Notes: generated from the letters alone by a model not told the origin. DNA of 36,526 bases from Octopus bimaculoides (GCF_001194135.2 NC_068988.1:42046434-42082959); one strand, 5' to 3'. Counted from the first letter of the stretch, positions 21,931 to 33,152 are shown. Translations and numbers: made by a program.

Positions 21931-22113
21931 CTATGGGTACCCAAGATTCTTAACAGCTACTCGGGAGGCCTGTACAACGATGGAGAGACGATTTAGTTAA
22001 AAGATTTGGGTCAGCATAAAAAAGAAAGGTTCAATCAAAAAATAACTAGAAGTGCATTGTGACCAGAGGTGTATAACAACATCCGATACAGTGAGACAGT
22101 GATACGGTGATAC
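21931..22113 (+). mobile_element. RTE-like LINE 3' end fragment (ORF2 C-terminus plus 3' UTR)
   Basis: Frame LLGRPVQRWRDDLVKRFGSA* matches the GRPxxRWxDD terminal motif of RTE ORF2. The downstream block 22050-22088 is about 82% identical (32/39) to 29341-29379. Confidence 0.6.
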
Positions 22114-22784
22114 TTTAAATGTTAAAATAAGGAAAAAACAGATACACATATATGTGTGTGTATGTGCGTGTGTATATACAAGTTATAAATATAAACTTTC
22201 TCAATCAACAACAATGATCTCAACACTGTAGTTCTTTTCAACACACCTTCCTATATGTCACAACTAATATCTCTTCTATGTCACTCATTCATCTCACGAA
22301 GCAACACCTCACTGTCACAACCAAAGAGGATTTCTACTTTTGTTCGGGATTCCTTCGATCTGGTGACCTGAAATATTTGAAATTTATATATAATACATAC
22401 GTGTACGTGTATGTATGTATGTATGTATGTATGTATGTATATATGTATATATGCACGTATGTAGGTATTATAGATGCATATATGCATGTGAGTGAGTATA
22501 TGTGTTTGTGTATGTTTATAAGGGAAACACTCACGAGAAAACAACACACTTCTCTACAGGTAGATATATATATGTAGCTGCGTGTGTGTGCGCGTGCACG
22601 TGTAGTGCTTCTTCACTTTCTATTGCTCGTATTATTTATTTGCTTGTCTGTTTATTTATTGATGGACTTCAGCTAATTTGTCAGCGATCCCAGTTGATAG
22701 TTATTCGCTCTTGGGCCAAGTTTTCATGTTGGTTTATCTTTCACGGACGGATATTGATAAGAAATAAAAACAAAGCCGGGCCTA

Positions 22785-22801
22785 AACAACAACAACAATT
22801 C

Positions 22802-22864
<63 letters not shown>

Positions 22865-22890
22865 CAACAACAACGATGATGATAGTAGTC
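22785..22890. repeat. (AAC)/(AAT)n/(GAT) trinucleotide array
   Basis: (TAA)n core at about 22802-22863. Confidence 0.93.
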
Positions 22891-23871
22891 GTCGTGGTGG
22901 GGATTGTATTTTAATCCTGTCCATTATAGCCGACTAGTTTTAGGTAAACTTAACGATAATATTTTTCCTGTCTCGGCGCCAAATGTTCTAGAATAGCAAA
23001 AACAACTGAATAAATTTAAAACAAACTGTTTTATCAGACGACAACATTCCAGCAAATGAACTTTTCATTAAACAAAAAGTAAAAAAAAGAAGTTAGAAAA
23101 AGAATCATAAATAAATTACGGGGTTTTTACTCTCCAGAGTAAAATGATAAACAGTTTTCTATATTTTTATGTTTTTTTTTTAGCTTTTCCACCATTTATA
23201 TTTTCCTTGCCTTTACTATTACTAATACTACGTTTAACTATAATTACTAAGACACTTCTCTACAAAACTTTATGCCCAGCTAATGAAGACATAAAGCAGC
23301 CGTCTTTAATCTCGACTACCAAAGATATTCTTTTTTCTCATTTTTCCATTCGTTTCAAACGGCCATTAAATATTTTTTTAGTTTGTTGTTTTCCACTGTT
23401 TTTTTTTTTCTTTCTTGCTTGTCCTTCATTTGTCCAGACTTCATTTCCATCTTCATAATTCGCTTCTCCCTCTTTTCCCTCCTCTCTTTTATCTTCCATC
23501 TCCTTTACTCTATTATTATTGTCTTCGATGTTTCTGCACATTTTTTCAACCCTTCTCCTAACTCCATCAACCATCCAAAACAATAAAGAAACAAACCTTC
23601 GATAGAGACTTCACTAATTTGTAAACTACCATAAAACTAACCATTAATCCATCAGTTGTGTCAAATATGACAATTATTTTAATCAAATTCTTTCACTGAG
23701 GTTTGGTTAGAGTTAAAAATAAAAAGAAATCGACTTCCTCATCACAATCATCCGAAATTTTTACTGTCTCCTCTAAGCTTTCTTTCCATAATAGCACACA
23801 CGCGCACGCACACACCCACACACACATATGCCTTTCTATGTATGCGTCTGTGTGTACATGTATGTGTGTGC

Positions 23872-23909
<38 letters not shown>

Positions 23910-24667
23910 NNNNNNNNNNNNNNNNNNNNNNNNNNNNNNNNNNNNNNNNNNNNNNNNNNNNNNNNNNNNNNNNNNNNNNNNNNNNNNNNNNNNNNNNNNN
24001 NNNNNNNNNNNNNNNNNNNNNNNNNNNNNNNNNNNNNNNNNNNNNNNNNNNNNNNNNNNNNNNNNNNNNNNNNNNNNNNNNNNNNNNNNNNNNNNNNNNN
24101 NNNNNNNNNNNNNNNNNNNNNNNNNNNNNNNNNNNNNNNNNNNNNNNNNNNNNNNNNNNNNNNNNNNNNNNNNNNNNNNNNNNNNNNNNNNNNNNNNNNN
24201 NNNNNNNNNNNNNNNNNNNNNNNNNNNNNNNNNNNNNNNNNNNNNNNNNNNNNNNNNNNNNNNNNNNNNNNNNNNNNNNNNNNNNNNNNNNNNNNNNNNN
24301 NNNNNNNNNNNNNNNNNNNNNNNNNNNNNNNNNNNNNNNNNNNNNNNNNNNNNNNNNNNNNNNNNNNNNNNNNNNNNNNNNNNNNNNNNNNNNNNNNNNN
24401 NNNNNNNNNNNNNNNNNNNNNNNNNNNNNNNNNNNNNNNNNNNNNNNNNNNNNNNNNNNNNNNNNNNNNNNNNNNNNNNNNNNNNNNNNNNNNNNNNNNN
24501 NNNNNNNNNNNNNNNNNNNNNNNNNNNNNNNNNNNNNNNNNNNNNNNNNNNNNNNNNNNNNNNNNNNNNNNNNNNNNNNNNNNNNNNNNNNNNNNNNNNN
24601 NNNNNNNNNNNNNNNNNNNNNNNNNNNNNNNNNNNNNNNNNNNNNNNNNNNNNNNNNNNNNNNNNNN

Positions 24668-24702
<35 letters not shown>

Positions 24703-24859
24703 TACATATATATCGGACGAAGGAGCATTACTCACTCATCGCAAGTCCACTGAGACTGGTGAGAACGATACCGTTAATATTTTGCATAAACTTTTGCAAA
24801 TGTACAAGAACAAGAAACATAATGCAGGAAAGAATTAAAGAGGTGGATGATCTGGGGAA

Positions 24860-25000
24860 GAAGGAATGTTTAAATCTATTAGCGAATGGCCGGTGGGGTC
24901 TGAGTGTTAAGTAGATGAGTGGTAAGTAGAAGGGAGCTGACTGTGTGAAGTGGTGCCTAAATGGAAGGCGTGTGAGACCCACCAGCTCCGAGGAACATCT
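24860..25000 (+). mobile_element. Possible very old RTE ORF2 C-terminal fragment
   Basis: GADCVKWCLNGRRVRPTSSEE loosely resembles the DxCVKKC...GRGRPRKTWxE region; weak. Confidence 0.25.
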
Positions 25001-25099
25001 CACCAATGAGTCAGAGATTAGACATTAGTTGCGACTGTTTCTTTAGCGATAAGTCGTGTACCCTTCTTTTTTGACTGATATTTTAATTTTTGACTCCCA

Positions 25100-25370
25100 A
25101 AAAAGGAAACGGATAATTAACTTCAGCAGGATTTGAAATCGGAAGGCAAAGGATTTAAATACGCTCTAACGTTTCTGTTAATCCACCACTCTAACAAAAC
25201 TAATTTCTAACATAGGTACAAATTTTGCAAGATTAGATGGAAGACGTGGGCATCCGAAGCAATGGATTCTATTTCTTGACTGGTCCTTATTTTGTCCAGT
25301 ACGTAAATATGAAAAGCAAAGTCGACTTCACCGGAATTTTAAGTCAGAAAATTGAAATGAACGTAAATAC
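25100..25370 (-). mobile_element. Two degenerate minus-strand SINE (ATT family) fragments
   Basis: CTCTAACGTTTCTGTTAATCCACCACT (head, about 25165-25190) and ACTGGTCCTTATTTTGTCC...AAAAGCAAAGTCGACTTCACCGGAATTT (about 25278-25340). Confidence 0.55.
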
Positions 25371-25635
25371 AGCCATAATAATAACAGTAGCACCACCGAT
25401 GATCCACGAATGTGGAATCATATCATGAGCTTTGCGACAGTCAATCTAGGCCATTCCTAGATTTGTTCTCCTTCGTTTACAATCTTGCATTATCATTTTG
25501 TCTATCAATAGTCGTTCTTTGGTACCGCTGCATCAGCCCTTTTTTCCATCGGTAATATATTATTCTCATCAAGAAATTTATTCAGTTCTTCTTCAATTCC
25601 TCCTGATAGTAACATCCACATTAATGGGAGGCAGC

Positions 25636-25802
25636 CCGTCGCTACGTTCTAAGTTCAAATTCTGCCGAGGTTGAATTTGCCTTTCATCCTTTCAGGGTCG
25701 ATAAAATAAGTATCTATTGAACACTGGGATCGATGTTATTGAATCATCTCCTACGTCAAAACTGCTGCCCTTGTGGTAAAATTTGAAATCATTATTATTA
25801 TT
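25636..25802 (+). mobile_element. SINE (ATT family), 5'-truncated; first unit of trimer
   Basis: CTACGTTCTAAGTTCAAATTCTGCCGAGGTTGAATTTGCCTTTCATCC...AAAATTTGAAATC(ATT)4. Confidence 0.88.
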
Positions 25803-26012
25803 AAGGTGGTGAGCTGGCAGAATTGTTAGCAGACCGAGCAGAGAGCTTAGCGGGATTTCGTCTGACTTTACGTTCTGAGTTCTAATTCCGCTGCTGTCGA
25901 CTTTGCCTTTCATTTTTTCGGGTTCGATAAATGATGTACCAGTTGAGCACTGGGTCGATCTAATCGACTTACCCCTCCTCGAAAACTGCTGGTCTTGTAC
26001 CAAAATTTGAAA

Positions 26013-26014
<2 letters not shown>
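25803..26014 (+). mobile_element. SINE (ATT family), full length; second unit of trimer
   Basis: AAGGTGGTGAGCTGGCAGAATTGTTAGC...GTCGACTTTGCCTTTC...GGTCTTGTACCAAAATTTGAAATC. Confidence 0.92.
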
Positions 26015-26070
<56 letters not shown>

Positions 26071-26085
26071 CATTATTATTATTAC

Positions 26086-26140
<55 letters not shown>
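26015..26140. repeat. (ATT)n array, about 42 units
   Basis: SINE tail between trimer units 2 and 3. Confidence 0.97.
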
Positions 26141-26142
<2 letters not shown>

Positions 26143-26360
26143 GGTGGTGAGTTGGCAGAATCGTTATCATACCAGGTAAAATACGGGATTTCGTCTGTCT
26201 CTACGTTCTGAATTCAAATTCTGCTGAACTCGACTTTGCCTTTCAACATTTAGGGGTCTGTAAATTAAGTACTAATTGAACATTGGGTTGACGTAATCGA
26301 CAAGCGACCTCCACCTAAACATTCTGGCCTTGTGCCTATAGTAGATAGGATTATTATTAT
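26141..26360 (+). mobile_element. SINE (ATT family), full length; third unit of trimer
   Basis: AAGGTGGTGAGTTGGCAGAATCGTTATC...GAATTCAAATTC...GGCCTTGTGCCTATAGTAGATAGGATTATTATT. Confidence 0.9.
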
Positions 26361-26834
26361 CTTATTTATTTATTTGCTTCAAGGACTCAAATCTAGTGGA
26401 CGTGATCCCAAAAGCTGGATAACATCATTTTTTCCTCTCCTAATGATACTTAGTAAAGTAGCTGTCTTCCTATGCGTTCGTGTATCAATGAAATATTTTA
26501 TTGTGTTCTCTGTTACTAATATCTAACGAAAACTTATTGTAGTTCGACTGATACATAATAAATAAGAAGCACTTATAGAAATTTGTGATATGCGTCGATA
26601 TTGAAACTATTTGGAGGTGGGGTTGCTTTATGATATAAAATACATAATTTACACAGACACACACAAAATGAACGCTAGACAAACTATTTTTCTCTTGTGT
26701 TACATTCCCCCAGGGTTGCCTTAATCGACGTAATTTGTATTAATGCTTGTGAGATTTTTCATATGATTTTTCTTTTTATTTTCATAAAAGCAATTGTTGA
26801 TTTTTTCCATCTTACTTGTAAATCAAATATTAAA

Positions 26835-26835
<1 letters not shown>

Positions 26836-26873
<38 letters not shown>

Positions 26874-26907
26874 CATACATACATACATACATACATACAT
26901 ACATACA
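26836..26907. repeat. (AGAT)n(ACAT)n compound microsatellite
   Basis: Read directly. Confidence 0.95.
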
Positions 26908-27016
26908 ACGTTCATATGACAATAGTTAATAGGAAACGTCACTTAAAAATAAAATCAAGCCATATAATGAAATAAATAAAAAATATAAAGATGGATAGAC
27001 AACTCTTTCTCTCTCT

Positions 27017-27052
<36 letters not shown>

Positions 27053-27320
27053 ATATATATATATATACGTGTGTGTGTGTGTGTGTGTACATNNNNNNNN
27101 NNCTCTCTCTCTCTCTCTCTCTCTCAATATATATATATATATACGTGTGTGTGTGTGTGTGTGTACATACATACATGTGTGTGCGCGCGTATGTATGTAT
27201 ATGTGTGTTTATGCATGTACAGAGCATATTGTGTGAATATATGTATATATACATAAACATAATATTCTATAATTATATACATAATTATAATGAGGGGTAG
27301 TCTAATTGCCTCGCTGCGTA

Positions 27321-27456
27321 CTGAATTAGAAATAGACGCTAATGTCTTTTCAACTACCATAAAAACTCCGAGAAAATAACACACTTCAAAAAAGTGTGTC
27401 ATTTTCTCAGTTTTTATGGCAGTTGAAAGGACATTTAGCGTCTATTTCTAATTCAG
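27321..27456. repeat. 136-bp near-perfect palindrome (hairpin/MITE-like)
   Basis: Arm 27321-27386 CTGAATTAGAAATAGACGCTAATGTCTTTTCAACTACCATAAAAACTCCGAGAAAATAACACACTT, loop CAAAA, and arm 27392-27456 as its reverse complement with 3 substitutions and 2 small indels. Confidence 0.92.
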
Positions 27457-28207
27457 GAATATAGAATATTTTGTTATAATTTACCTAAAATGGTTTTTTA
27501 ACGTGCTGACTACTTGGTAAAATTATTATTATTAATAATCTTACCCTATATTATTATTATACATATACATATGTGTGTATACACATACAAACATATATGT
27601 GTACAATATACGCTACCACTTTTTCAGGCTGTCAAATTCAACATAGAAGCCGATGATCACTTCAAACCTACATCAGCCTCGACCTAAAGATGCATTTGAC
27701 AGCTAGAAATACGTCAGAAGATATAGTGCATTGTGTATGTGCATGCGTGCATACATATAAACATACATACACACATACATATACGCATGCACACAGATAT
27801 ACGCACATATATTTATATTTCAGCGTGTGGCCTGCTTTCTTCCTATTAGCTGTCCTAAATATCTTTACATAGATATCGTTTCCAATCTCATTCGTTTCAC
27901 TTCGATTATCCTCTCCCATATTGCCAGCGTGCTATAATTGACAAATGAAGACGAAACTTGAGTACTTCAGTAACACGCTGTGTCTGCGCGTGCGTGTGTT
28001 TGTGTGTGTGTATATCTGTATGTGTATCAGTGTGAGTGTGTGTGTGTGTGCGCGCGTTAGCTTCATACCTTAAAATTCGCAATCTTCAAATGCTGTATGT
28101 GAAAATGGTCAGAGGATTACCATCCTTTTCATGAGAAGTACCAGAAAATTGTGAATTATATAGCGCATGAAACCTAAGGTGGAATTAAAAATTCCTGGAT
28201 AAAAGAA

Positions 28208-28209
28208 TG

Positions 28210-28241
<32 letters not shown>

Positions 28242-28266
28242 TGTATGTATGTATGTATGTATGTAT
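28208..28266. repeat. (TATG)n microsatellite
   Basis: Read directly. Confidence 0.95.
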
Positions 28267-29223
28267 ATTACATTGTTGATTGTACATCCCTTTTCCAGAG
28301 AAATCGGATCAATGTTCTTTATTCTTCATGTGTACACTGCAAAGCCAGAAAGAAAAGTGATGCGATCAGGCTCAAACTTCGATCACATGACCACAACAGT
28401 ACCAACTATAAGCTCGCATACGCAGAAGGCAGTGTGACAATAATAAGAATTTGTCATGGTGAAAGGGCGGGTCATTTTTTACTTCCTCCCGGATATATAT
28501 TTAACTACAAAGAAATTACTGATATTATTAATATTATATATATATNNNNNNNNNNNNNNNNNNNNNNNNNNNNNNNNNNNNNNNNNNNNNNNNNNNNNNN
28601 NNNNNNNNNNNNNNNNNNNNNNNNNNNNNNNNNNNNNNNNNNNNNNNNNNNNNNNNNNNNNNNNNNNNNNNNNNNNNNNNNNNNNNNNNNNNNNNNNNNN
28701 NNNNNNNNNNNNNNNNNNNNNNNNNNNNNNNNNNNNNNNNNNNNNNNNNNNNNNNNNNNNNNNNNNNNNNNNNNNNNNNNNNNNNNNNNNNNNNNNNNNN
28801 NNNNNNNNNNNNNNNNNNNNNNNNNNNNNNNNNNNNNNNNNNNNNNNNNNNNNNNNNNNNNNNNNNNNNNNNNNNNNNNNNNNNNNNNNNNNNNNNNNNN
28901 NNNNNNNNNNNNNNNNNNNNNNNNNNNNNNNNNNNNNNNNNNNNNNNNNNNNNNNNNNNNNNNNNNNNNNNNNNNNNNNNNNNNNNNNNNNNNNNNNNNN
29001 NNNNNNNNNNNNNNNNNNNNNNNNNNNNNNNNNNNNNNNNNNNNNNNNNNNNNNNNNNNNNNNNNNNNNNNNNNNNNNNNNNNNNNNNNNNNNNNNNNNN
29101 NNNNNNNNNNNNNNNNNNNNNNNNNNNNNNNNNNNNNNNNNNNNNNNNNNNNNNNNNNNNNNNNNNNNNNNNNNNNNNNNNNNNNNNNNNNNNNNNNNNN
29201 NNNNNNNNNNNNNNNNNNNNNNN

Positions 29224-29255
<32 letters not shown>

Positions 29256-29298
29256 GTACATGCATATGCATATTGGCCTGCCTGCCTGCCTGCCTGCC

Positions 29299-29400
29299 TA
29301 ACCAGCGAGGTAGCGTCATTTGAAGGCTAAAACAATGCAAAAGCACATTGTGACCAGCGATGTGTAACAACAACTGATAGCGTGGTCGGTCATGTGAACA
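29299..29400 (+). mobile_element. 3' terminal fragment of the same (RTE-associated) family as 22050-22113
   Basis: AAGCACATTGTGACCAGCGATGTGTAACAACAACTGATA shared with 22050-22088. Confidence 0.6.
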
Positions 29401-29917
29401 TGTGTGATATGTATGTGTATATGTGTGTGTTTGTGTATGTGCGTATGTGTGCATACATACATAATACAAACATATATTCATTTTCATTACTTCATTACTT
29501 GTTATTCTTTTTTACTTTGCCATTTCGACTTGTCCACATTAACTTGTGTATGTACATGCTGATGTGTGTGTGTACGTGTGTTTGTGTATGAATACATGTA
29601 CATCGGTATATAAACATGTATTTAACTGTAAGTGCATTTATATGTGAATGCTTTATGAATTAGAATAAAAATCTCAAATGCATGGGTATACGAACAGAAC
29701 TCCGCGATTATATGCATGTGTATGTATAAGTTTGGAGTGTATGAAGATGTGTGTATGAATGTATATATGTGCATGTGTATATAAGTCTGTGATTTCCGTA
29801 TCTATGTATGTGAAACATGCCGATATGTCTGTATATGCATACATGTTCTTGGTATATGAAATGTGTATAAGAGATCATGTGTCTGTGCGTGGGTGCGTAT
29901 ATACATATATATATATA

Positions 29918-30594
29918 TTCTGTTATTCTTTTATGTGTTTCAGCCAGGTGGCTGTGGTCATGCTGGAGCACCACCATCATTTTGATTTTTTTCACTCTTT
30001 ATTTTTGTACCCTCTCCACAATCCTTCCGTGGTCCCTTTCCTCCGACTAAAGCGATCCCATCAAAATTGCCGATGGCCCATCTGGTGTATGATGTAATTT
30101 GACACTGCTGCCCTCAGCTATGCCTCAAGTCGAGCCATTGTTTCGTCTGGTATTGTGGATAGGAGAGTGTCCAGTTTCTTTTTGATGACTTCCACATCTA
30201 TATCATGTAAGTTTCTCAGTTGTTTTGGCAAAGCATTGAAGAGCTGTCGGCCCCTGAACCCTAGGCTATTGCAGTACCTGGTTCTTATGTTAGATGTATT
30301 AGACGGTACCTTCGGTACTATGCAGTAGCGACCAGTACGAGCATTCATATAACACTCGGGTACTACCCCTTCCAGTATTTTCCACATGTAAATTATTACA
30401 TATCTCTCACATCTGCGGTCTAGGGAGTAGAGTCGTAGCTCTTTCAGTATCTCCCTGTAATTCATCTGTTGGACTGTAGCAATATTTTTAGTGTAGTGAT
30501 GCTGGATTGTTTCAAGCTCCGTTGTAAGCTTGACACTGTGTGGTGACCACAGCTGAGAGCAGTAGTCTAGGCGACTGAGGACAAATGTCTTCCA
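29918..30594 (-). mobile_element. 5'-truncated CR1-group LINE (ORF2 C-terminus plus 3' UTR)
   Basis: Uninterrupted minus frame 30594-30118: WKTFVLSRLDYCSQLWSPHSVKLTTELETIQHHYTK...NYREILKELRLYSLDRRCERY...YMWKILEG...RTRYCNSLGFRGRQLFNALPKQLR...KKKLDTLL. The LEYCSxxWSP, LxLxSLxxRRxR and FNxLP motifs are typical of CR1-group ORF2. Confidence 0.88.
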
Positions 30595-30599
30595 TATAC

Positions 30600-30606
<7 letters not shown>

Positions 30607-30676
<70 letters not shown>
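30607..30676. repeat. (GT)n microsatellite
   Basis: About 35 units at the 5' truncation point of the CR1-like LINE. Confidence 0.97.
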
Positions 30677-30678
<2 letters not shown>

Positions 30679-31880
30679 TGTTTATGTCTGTGCGTATAGG
30701 CATGTCTCTAATAAACTGAATAAATGTATGCAGATTACAGTCTATTATTCAGAAGCCCAGACTTTGTCCAAGGAAATGTTTTTGCTGTTATTGTTATTGA
30801 TGTTGTTGTTGTTGTTATACATCCCACCACTTTACATATAAGGCACTCATTATTATATAATTCATGCACATACACGCTGAAAAATGCTCTCATTCACTTA
30901 TATAAATGAGTATGTATACATGCATAGAGACATATATCACATACACACGCATATACGTATACATATATATATATACATATATACGCATGCACACACACAC
31001 ACATATGTACATGCGAATACACACACGTCCGTGTATGTGTGCGTGCGTGTGTAATACAAAACTAAAAAATATGTATAACTTACATAAAATTTATTCTAAC
31101 ATGGAATACGCTCATTCAAAGAGAATCTGGTTAATGCTAAACCCCAACCACTCTGTACCCCGGGTATTTATTAAATTATTTCTGTTATTTGCCTCAAGAG
31201 CAATACAAATATAAAATATTTATATTCGATAACGAATTAAGAGTATAAAAATCAACAGGAGAAATAATACATATTAAAAAATATCTAAACTGTGCCTTTG
31301 AATGGGCACAGCCAACTGGTAGAACCAGTTTCTGAATAGAAGAATATATAGACAAAATATAATCCCCTATTCTTATATCGTTGTTGTTCAATTGGATATA
31401 TAGACACAATGTGAGAGAAAGAAACCTGACATTGTCATTAGAGATTAAAAATGTACAGCACTAGCAAATTGATATGTACCAAAAATACATACCGTGTAAG
31501 AGATTCGGTTTCTTTTACTAATCTTTGAACGCATACATCCAAGATTACAGTTAAACGAAGTGACACTGATCCAAAGTGTAACTACAATATTAGGCTGAAC
31601 TTCATTAAATTTAATTTAATTTCTCAAAATACAAATAATTAACAACACGGGAAAACCCGTAAGCGCAATGGCAAACTATGCATATACAAAAATCAATGAT
31701 TAAAAAAAATGACATTACAAAATACTCCAATTATCAAATACAAATATCTGGAGAAATTTAAATAATGAAAATACCAAGTCTTGACTAGTCTTATGACGTT
31801 GGAAACTGTAGAGGGAGATTAGATAGAAAACAGAAAAAATTATCCATCAAATTTGTACTTTTGTGCCAAGATATAAAAAT

Positions 31881-32112
31881 CCATCATCATCGTCTTCATC
31901 ATTATTGTCGTCGTCGTCGTCGTCAACATCATCATCATCATAACGATCATCATCATCNNNNNNNNNNCAACATCATCATCATCATAACGATCATCATCAT
32001 CATAACGATCATCATCATCCTAACCATCGTTTTCATCGTCATCATCATCGACATCGTCGTTGTCATCGTCGTCATCACCATCTTTACCATCACCCTCCTA
32101 TTATCATCATTA
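31881..32112. repeat. Compound (CAT)/(CGT)n trinucleotide array
   Basis: Read directly; 10-N gap at 31958-31967. Confidence 0.92.
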
Positions 32113-32115
32113 TCT

Positions 32116-32343
32116 AAGGCGCGAGCTAGCAGAATGGTTAGCATGGTGGACGAGATACTTAGCGGCATTTTGCCAGTCGCTACATTCTGAGTTCAAATTC
32201 CGCTGAAGTCGACTTTGCCTTTCATCTTTTCGAGGTCGACAAACTAAGTACCGGTTGTGTACTGGGGTCGATGTCATCGACAAGTCCCCTCCCGTCAAAT
32301 TTCAGGCCTTCTGCCTATAGTGAAAAGGATTATCATCATTATC
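32116..32343 (+). mobile_element. tRNA-derived SINE (ATT family), full length
   Basis: AAGGCGCGAGCTAGCAGAATGGTTAGC...GAGTTCAAATTCCGCTGAAGTCGACTTTGCCTTTCATC...GGCCTTCTGCCTATAGTGAAAAGGATTATC. Confidence 0.92.
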
Positions 32344-32347
32344 GTTA

Positions 32348-32430
32348 ACAGCAGCAACAACAACAATAATAACAGTAGTAGTAGTAGTAGTAGTAGTAGT
32401 TACAATAACAGCGACAATACAACAATAATA
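32348..32430. repeat. Compound (AAC)/(AAT)/(AGT)n array
   Basis: Read directly. Confidence 0.88.
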
Positions 32431-32714
32431 ATGAAAATAACTATCAGGATTCATGGAAATTTAACGTCTTATAAATTTTATTCCTATTTTCTTGCCTAAA
32501 TTTATAGATTATCATAACATTGTTGTTTCATTAAGTTAAACATTTTTTTATTATATTCTTACGTATCGTTCCATAGTTAAGGTTACTGAAAGCGTAACAC
32601 TCAAACGTGAATCATTATGTTAAAGACTTCGATTATGCTCTCGGCTTCGTTCCATAGTTAAGTGTAACACTCAGACATATGTTGTGACAAACAGACTAAA
32701 ATGAATAAATAATC

Positions 32715-32982
32715 AACGTATCACTCTCGATCGCATGAAAATCAATATAGCTTTCAAAGACATACGAAACAGTGTGTAAATGTAAGAAAAGAATATAGAG
32801 ATATATATCCAGAATCTGGGGACTGGAAACAGAAACAAAACCTGGCCATAATAAGTGCCTTGGGAATGCTAAAATGAAATATAAATACATAAAAAATCCT
32901 AGGACTCGCAGATATACATAACATACTCGAAATAGCACTAGGTGACACAGCACATATATTATGTAGAATGCTTACAATGTGA
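32715..32982 (+). mobile_element. Degenerate R4/Dong-type RLE C-terminal fragment
   Basis: ISRIWGLETETKP / (+1 frameshift at about 32845) AIISALGMLK*NINT*KILGLADIHNILEIALGDTAHILCRML parallels EIARLWKM..VPIIVGSLGTV...LLQKICLLDTTKIIGKVL of the element at 17148-17330. Confidence 0.65.
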
Positions 32983-33152
32983 TCGAAGCAATTCACTCAT
33001 AAAAGCAAAAAATAAAATAAACCTGGCCATACATATTTTAGGCATGTATAAGTTGGAATCGTTTGTGTTTTAAAAGAAAACAGTAACAAAAAGGCTAATG
33101 AAATGATGACAATGACGACTTCGACGAGATGACGATAATGATAGATTATATT

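Noticed and set aside
25636-26360. Repeat-spacer-like arrangement as a CRISPR array
   Set aside because: The units are ~220-bp SINEs separated by ATT microsatellite in eukaryotic DNA, with no cas genes.
28221-28545. Open frame RNRINVLYSSCVHCKARKK... after a TTTTCCAG acceptor
   Set aside because: It starts in a TATG repeat, runs into a gap, has no recognisable domain and no good donor.
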